DNA from: Acidobacteriota bacterium
GTDB lineage: Bacteria; Acidobacteriota; Blastocatellia; RBC074
NCBI GenBank assembly: GCA_031401095.1
Contig: JANNRD010000455.1
Coordinates: forward strand, 1-33,548
Direction of reading: 5' to 3'
DNA: 33,548 nucleotides
Of this stretch, positions 28,276 to 33,548 are shown one piece after another (the stretch's first letter is position 1; each line of letters begins with the position of its first letter). The position numbers were made by a program, and so were the translations under genes. The notes under the pieces are model-generated. The model did no database searches. It was given only the letters and a program-made list of their open reading frames with translations, and was not told the origin of the DNA.

Positions 28276-30447
28276 TTATTTGATCGACGCTGTAGTCGTA
28301 TTGGCCGCTTTCCCATCAATCGTGATTTCGATGTTGACCACACCAGCTCCCGCAAGATCACGCGGTAACGCGCTGATGTTCAATTGATCAAGACCCACAT
28401 AACCCGCGGCAATACCCGAGAACAGAGATTGCAACGTTCGCCCGCCCACCTTGACGTTGACGCTGCTGTCGCTCGTTCGGAAACGGAATCCAGTACCATA
28501 TATGACCAGAAAAACCTGGTCTCCTGGCGGCCCGAAATCGATCGGGATCGGGACGAAGGTGTTCGTCGCGGCGTTGTATGCCGAAATCTGTTCGTAGGTT
28601 TGTTGAAGACCGCTCACGCGCAGAACAAGAGCCGCAGCAACGCCCTGCCCGGTTGCGTTGGCCGAGACTATGCCAGGTGAGATCGCAGCAATGTCCACCG
28701 CGCCAAATGAAACCTGACCTGACCCGCTCGTGATCTTGACGGTCGCCGGTCCCGTGGCCGTGCCTACAGGTATGTAGTAATTCACCTGGCCGGGTGAGAC
28801 AAAGAAGAGCTGAGCGAGTCGTTCAAATCCCGTGCTGTCTTTGACGCTGACGGTCGTGCCGCGCAAGTTGGTTGGCAGGGGAATCCCTCCAGCGACTTGC
28901 GTACTGTTCGCCAGATCGGTCCCAAATGCGGCAGCGATCATCTCCGGTGCAAGCGCAGCCCTCTGAAAACTGGCCGCGGAGACACTCACTGCTTCGGGGA
29001 AGACGTTGAAGATGTATGCCGAACCTTTGTAGGAGTCGTCGCGAAACGCCCCAACGACAACCTGGTCACCACTGACCCCAGCCGCGAAGCCGGCAGAGTC
29101 ATTCGCCGAGCCGTCCGAGGCGGTCAGCCTCCAGGTTTCGCCCCAGTTGTCCACCCCGCCCTTATTCCGATCGAAGATGTAAGCCGAGCCTCGGTATGAG
29201 TCTTCACCAAAGGCCCCGACTATGACCGTTTCGTCGTTGACCGCGACCGAGATGCCGAGGTAGTCGCCGTCCGCCTCTCCAGGGACGGTCATTTTCTTGA
29301 CCTCGCCCCAGTTGTCGGTACCGCCTTTGTTCCGGTCAAAGATGTAGGCCGCGCCTCTGAAGGAGGCGTAAAAAGGCGCCCCGGCGACGACCCTGCCGCC
29401 GCTGATCGCAACCGAGCGGCCCAGTTGGTCATTCCCAGCACGATCCGACGCGGTCAGCTTCCTGACCTCACCCCAATTGGCGGTCCCACCCTTGTTTCGC
29501 TGAAAGACGTAGGCCGCGCCTCTAGAGGTGTCGTCACGATACGCCCCGACTACGACGAGGTCACCGCTGATGGCTACCGAGGCGCCGAAGAGGTCATTTA
29601 TCGATCCGTCCGACGCGGTCAGTTTCCTGACCTGACCCCAGTTCTCAAACCCTCCCTTGTGCCGCTCAAAGACGTAGGCCGACCCCCTGAAGTCGTCGTC
29701 CTCAAACGCCCCGGCGACGACCATGTCGCCGCTGATCCCGACCGAGATGCCCAAGTTGTCAAGCAGCGCGCCGTCCGAGGCACTCACTTTCTTGACCTCG
29801 CCCCAATTGTCGACTCCGCCCTCGTGCCGCGCAAAGACGTAGGCGGAGCCTTTGCCGCCATCGTCATAAGGCGCCCCGATGACGAGCCTGTCTCCACTGA
29901 TCCCGACTGAATGGCCGAAGGAGTCGCCCGGCACGCCATCCGAGGCGGTCAGTTTCCTGATTTGGCCCCAGTTGTCCGTCCCTCCCTTGTTTCGATAAAA
30001 GACGTAGGCCGCGCCTCTCGAGAGGTCGTCACCCTCAGCTCCCACAACGGCGACGTCGCCGCTGATCGCGACCGCCAAGCCGAATGCGTCATTCAGCGAG
30101 CCGTCAGAGGCGGTCAGTCTCTTCACCTCGGGGACCGAGGCTTCCAGATTTTGGGCCCGGTTGTTGGCCTGATCCGCACGCATCGCGAGACGACCGGTCA
30201 CTAACTGGCGCGCTTCAACCGAAGCCTTGATCCGATCAAACAAGCCGTGCTGTTTGAGGTAATCAACGGCACGCGAGCCTTGCAGACCCGCAAGTCTGAG
30301 ACGGCTGTCATTTGTTGTCGCGGACTCCTTCGAATCACCGCTCGCGTTGACGTAGGCTCGGCTAGCGCTAGTCGCAAGTAATGCAAAAAAAACTGAAAAC
30401 GCAGTGGCGGCGATTAGTCTGCAAGTGAGTTTGTATGAACGACGCAT
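28276..30447 (-). CDS. Secreted seven-blade FG-GAP-type beta-propeller protein with Solibacter-type C-terminal domain
   Basis: Signal peptide. Seven ~55-aa repeats (KLTASDG..xDxFGxSVAISGDxVVVGAxxDDxxRGAAYVFxRNKGGxDNWG). C-terminal ~215 aa homologous to 12564..13634. Confidence 0.8.
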   Translation of the reverse strand: MRRSYKLTCRLIAATAFSVFFALLATSASRAYVNASGDSKESATTNDSRLRLAGLQGSRAVDYLKQHGLFDRIKASVEARQLVTGRLAMRADQANNRAQNLEASVPEVKRLTASDGSLNDAFGLAVAISGDVAVVGAEGDDLSRGAAYVFYRNKGGTDNWGQIRKLTASDGVPGDSFGHSVGISGDRLVIGAPYDDGGKGSAYVFARHEGGVDNWGEVKKVSASDGALLDNLGISVGISGDMVVAGAFEDDDFRGSAYVFERHKGGFENWGQVRKLTASDGSINDLFGASVAISGDLVVVGAYRDDTSRGAAYVFQRNKGGTANWGEVRKLTASDRAGNDQLGRSVAISGGRVVAGAPFYASFRGAAYIFDRNKGGTDNWGEVKKMTVPGEADGDYLGISVAVNDETVIVGAFGEDSYRGSAYIFDRNKGGVDNWGETWRLTASDGSANDSAGFAAGVSGDQVVVGAFRDDSYKGSAYIFNVFPEAVSVSAASFQRAALAPEMIAAAFGTDLANSTQVAGGIPLPTNLRGTTVSVKDSTGFERLAQLFFVSPGQVNYYIPVGTATGPATVKITSGSGQVSFGAVDIAAISPGIVSANATGQGVAAALVLRVSGLQQTYEQISAYNAATNTFVPIPIDFGPPGDQVFLVIYGTGFRFRTSDSSVNVKVGGRTLQSLFSGIAAGYVGLDQLNISALPRDLAGAGVVNIEITIDGKAANTTTASIK

Positions 30448-30707
30448 GCATGATTCTCCATTGCCGAGTGAGCCTGCAATCCATCACCGTTCCGCGATGC
30501 TCAAGGCGGCAGTCGAATGCGGTATCCTGAACCTCATTGGCGCGGGAAGCCCAGAACTACGCGAGATGGTTCAGCTCTAGCTTCTCCGCCGTCCTTCGGC
30601 GACTCGCGCACCTGGCAAACGATTGCAAACCGCGTTCGCATTAATTCGGGGCTTTGAAGAGAGTGACGTAGCCCCGGATTATTTGATCGACACGGTAGTC
30701 GTATTCC

Positions 30708-30840
30708 GGGCTCGCGCCGGATGACACCGGCGATGATGTCCTGACTGAAATCGTGGTCAACCCTTGAAGCGGATCGTCATTTAGTCGGCCAGCGTTCTGT
30801 TCCTCGCCGCTTCGAGCTTATGGCGCCGCCAGTATATCAT
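30708..30840 (-). pseudogene. Deleted remnant of a DUF433/DUF5615 module
   Basis: 30708-30820 aligns to 20371-20483 (frameshifted toxin N-terminus MTIRFKG* and antitoxin last codons). It then jumps to the sequence homologous to 20768 onward, an internal deletion of about 285 bp. Confidence 0.65.
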
Positions 30841-30993
30841 TCGCTTCTCATTTCGCTCCACGAGCAATTTTTGGACGCGGTCGCGCAGACGACGTCACTA
30901 CGCGAGCTATCTCCCGACACCTTACGCCAGTGGTGATCGATCCCACCGCCAATGGCCCGGGGTTGGTTTACCACCTCTCGCCCTCCAGTAGGC

Positions 30994-31145
<152 letters not shown>

Positions 31146-31155
31146 CTTGGACGAA

Positions 31156-31190
31156 GGTCGCTGGAGTTAGCTCCTGCGGCCTTTTCGTTT
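31156..31190 (+). terminator. Rho-independent terminator, probably the native tRNA terminator
   Basis: GGTCGCTGGAG-TTAG-CTCCTGCGGCC forms an 11-bp stem with one mismatch and one G-U pair, followed by TTTTCGTTT. Confidence 0.65.
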
Positions 31191-31400
<210 letters not shown>

Positions 31401-31475
31401 AATGAAAAAGTCGCCGTAGCAGTGCTATACTCGCATAACCGTAGGGCTGCTCCTACCCAGAATCGGAGAAGGATC

Positions 31476-31742
31476 ATGGCTGCAAACTTGGAAGACCAAT
31501 TGATTGATAGGGTGCGAGCACTGCCGCCAAACAAACAGCAGGAAGCGCTACGACTCCTTGATACTCTTGCCGCTGGCGCTAGTTCTGAACCTAACGGAAC
31601 CGGCGTGGATCGCAGACCGATCTGGGAAATCATCGAAGAAATCAACGGTGCTTTACCTAAAGACACCTGGGACGACGTACCGACCGACGGCTCGATTAAT
31701 CTTGATCATTACCTTTACGGAGCGCCGAAGCAGCAGCCGTGA
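31476..31742 (+). CDS. Putative antitoxin (DUF2281-like N-terminus)
   Basis: ATG at 31476 after GGAGAAGG. LIDRVRALPPNKQQEALRLLDTL motif. Stop overlaps the GTG of the downstream PIN remnant (GTGA). Confidence 0.5.
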   Translation: MAANLEDQLIDRVRALPPNKQQEALRLLDTLAAGASSEPNGTGVDRRPIWEIIEEINGALPKDTWDDVPTDGSINLDHYLYGAPKQQP

Positions 31743-31933
31743 AAGTCGCATTCGTTGACACTCTCTACCTTGTAGCTCTCTTCAATCCCAGAGACCAATG
31801 GCATGAGCGCCATCGAGGCGAGCCATCTGGTTGCGGAAACCAAACTGATCACAACTGAAGATGTGCTTGTGCAACTCCTGAGTTTACGACCCCATTGCAG
31901 CCGGAGATACTCGCGTATTTCTTATTGCAACGC
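31739..31933 (+). pseudogene. PIN-domain (VapC-like) toxin pseudogene, frameshifted and 3'-truncated
   Basis: VKVAFVDTLYLVALFNPRDQWHER in frame 1, then stops. The continuation AIEASHLVAETKLITTEDVLVQLLS is in another frame. The C-terminal half of a PIN domain is missing where hipA ends. Confidence 0.5.
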
Positions 31934-33163
31934 TCAGTCGCGCAGCGAAGCCTTCACGCCGCTCTCCCACTCCTGCAGCATCCGCTGTCCGATCTCCGCG
32001 AACTCCGCATGCTCCTTCACATAAGAGTGGACCTCCTCCGTGGTCTCCTGAATCGCGTCCGCGATCCGCTCCAGAATCTGACTGATCTTAGCTGGTGCTC
32101 CGGCACCCCTGGTTTGACCGAGCTTCTTAAGTTCCTTCGCTGTCGGCCATCTTGTCGAGCCGTTGAGCGTCAGGGCCAGACTGTCTTTGGGGAGGTACAC
32201 TGACGTGGTCACGAGATCGTACACTGGCGCGAGCCTTGCTTCGCTCTCGACGTCGTCATAGACGATCCCAAAATTCTTCAGATGTGCGTCGCCATTGCGA
32301 AGCGCGCAGTTAAGTGCAATCAGGACGAAGAGCCTCTCCGTGTCCTCGCTGACCTGCGTCGAGTTCGCGAACTGAGCAAATCGCTTCATGACGTGTGTCT
32401 CATGGCTGCCGCGGTATTTCTCGTCGGTCCTACGGGCGTTGAGCACGCAGAAATCCTCGAATCCACGGTAGGTACCGTCCATCCGCAGATCGAATCGATC
32501 GATGACCAGCGCTGCGCCGTCCTCCGCCAAACGGTGCGGAGGTACATCGAGTCCGCATTTGCGCGCCGCAGTGAGGCAGAAATGCTCGTTGGCCGCTAGC
32601 TGTGGATATTCGTTTGGGTCCCACAGCTTGACGATATGCGTCGCACCCCGGAAGCTCTTCGAGAGCCTGTGGTCGGTAGACTCCATTTCGGCGAAGGCGT
32701 TTTCGTCGCGCACCAATATCTTGGGCTGCACGCCGCTGATACCGGAGAAGGACGCGAACTTTTCCAAGAGGTAGCGGAACAGATCGCCGTCGCGCCTGCG
32801 TTCGAGAATCTCATCCACCGACTGAAACGGCACGTCCTCATGTAGCTGTTCCTTGTCACCCGTGTAGCGGATACGCCCGACCTGCGACCGGCCAACGATC
32901 GAGAGCAGGTCGAATTCGTCGAAAGTGCCGGTAGCTTTCGCGAAAGCAAGGCGCAAGCGCTCGCGCAGTACTCCCTCCGGCAGATTCATTTCGAAGATCG
33001 GAAGCAGACCAAAGCTGACACTCCACGACGGGAGACGGACCGGCATGGTCACTGATACGGCACGAACGGCTTGCGTATCGGGCAGGTAGACGAATGTGCT
33101 GCCGCGCTCGTCGTAACGATCAAGCAGCCCCGCCTCAACCGCGTCGCTCCAGACTCTTAGCAT
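31934..33163 (-). CDS. hipA: HipA-family serine/threonine kinase toxin
   Basis: 409 aa. N-terminal coupling domain (LPEGVLRERL), GISGVQPKILV, catalytic-loop-like NGDAHLKNFG and LAPVYDLV. Confidence 0.85.
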   Translation of the reverse strand: MLRVWSDAVEAGLLDRYDERGSTFVYLPDTQAVRAVSVTMPVRLPSWSVSFGLLPIFEMNLPEGVLRERLRLAFAKATGTFDEFDLLSIVGRSQVGRIRYTGDKEQLHEDVPFQSVDEILERRRDGDLFRYLLEKFASFSGISGVQPKILVRDENAFAEMESTDHRLSKSFRGATHIVKLWDPNEYPQLAANEHFCLTAARKCGLDVPPHRLAEDGAALVIDRFDLRMDGTYRGFEDFCVLNARRTDEKYRGSHETHVMKRFAQFANSTQVSEDTERLFVLIALNCALRNGDAHLKNFGIVYDDVESEARLAPVYDLVTTSVYLPKDSLALTLNGSTRWPTAKELKKLGQTRGAGAPAKISQILERIADAIQETTEEVHSYVKEHAEFAEIGQRMLQEWESGVKASLRD

Positions 33164-33413
33164 CGCGATCCTCCTGCATCAGCTCATCGAGGGTGGGGCG
33201 CTGCGAGCTAGCTGTCTGCAGTGTCAGTTCAAGCCCAAGCGCGGCAAGCAGCCGGGTAACTTTCGAAAAACCCATCTCCCCGGCGCGTCCGTTTTCCAAG
33301 GCATCGAGCGTGGCCCGGCTTAGCCGTGCCTTGCGCGATAGCTCGGCCTGGCTTAGTTTTCGCGCCCTGCGATGTGCGACTATCTCGTTGCCTAGGGTTA
33401 CTAGATCAAGCAT
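33135..33413 (-). CDS. hipB: HipB-type XRE-family antitoxin
   Basis: 92 aa. HTH LSQAELSRKARLSRATLDALENG. Overlaps hipA by 29 nt. Confidence 0.8.
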   Translation of the reverse strand: MLDLVTLGNEIVAHRRARKLSQAELSRKARLSRATLDALENGRAGEMGFSKVTRLLAALGLELTLQTASSQRPTLDELMQEDRDAKSLERRG

Positions 33414-33416
33414 GAC

Positions 33417-33473
33417 GCCTAATATACTAGGCAGATAAGCATACTACAAGTTGTTTGCCTAAGATATTAGGCA
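33417..33473. promoter_or_regulatory. Two operator-like palindromes (GCCTA-N6-TAGGC) upstream of hipB
   Basis: GCCTAATATACTAGGC at 33417-33432 and (T)GCCTAAGATATTAGGC(A) at 33456-33473. Same half-sites, same spacing, immediately 5' of the hipB start on the minus strand. Confidence 0.45.
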
Positions 33474-33548
33474 ACTGAGGAGCTACAACAATCGGGCATC
33501 AACCGGCAAAAATGGGTAGTGGGTCAGTTTGCCAAGACGCGGCACCAT

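Overview
High-GC bacterial chromosome segment, probably Acidobacteriota of the Solibacter/Bryobacter type. That placement is inferred from two proteins carrying the lineage-restricted 'Solibacter uncharacterized C-terminal domain' (TIGR03437-like). Positions 1-19.7 kb look like ordinary chromosome. They hold two beta-lactamase-fold paralogs, a GT4 glycosyltransferase, a SnoaL-like protein, a tricorn-like S41 protease, mazEF, and a metal-uptake cluster (OM barrel, ZnuA-like, ZnuB-like, no ATPase). They also hold a PKD/Soli_cterm protein, a YhiN-type flavoprotein, an Ogt/Ada remnant, and a lipoprotein di-heme cytochrome c peroxidase apparently co-transcribed with a short SecA-family ATPase that ends in a hydrophobic tail. 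The main signal lies at 19.9-31.2 kb. A tRNA with an Asn-type body is followed by five same-strand copies, plus one remnant, of its last 45 nt. Each internal copy sits in a conserved attP-like unit of about 210-265 bp (L arm, core, R arm). These units bound short segments (about 0.75-3.2 kb) that carry almost only toxin-antitoxin modules (DUF433/DUF5615, MNT/HEPN, RelE, VapBC, HicBA and decayed copies) plus two secreted FG-GAP propeller proteins. I recognise no recombinase anywhere in the window. The topology fits serial site-specific accretion of integrase-less cassettes. The full-length tRNA at the head of the array has anticodon GAT and a stem mismatch, whereas all displaced copies keep GTT with a perfect stem. 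The array ends at the native tRNA terminator, which is followed immediately by a truncated group IIC intron 5' fragment, a decayed PIN module and hipBA. Other oddities are a 53-bp-stem hairpin truncating an Ada-like gene, an iteron-like 4x 19-20-bp tandem repeat, and a beta-lactamase-fold protein lacking the SxxK catalytic residues.
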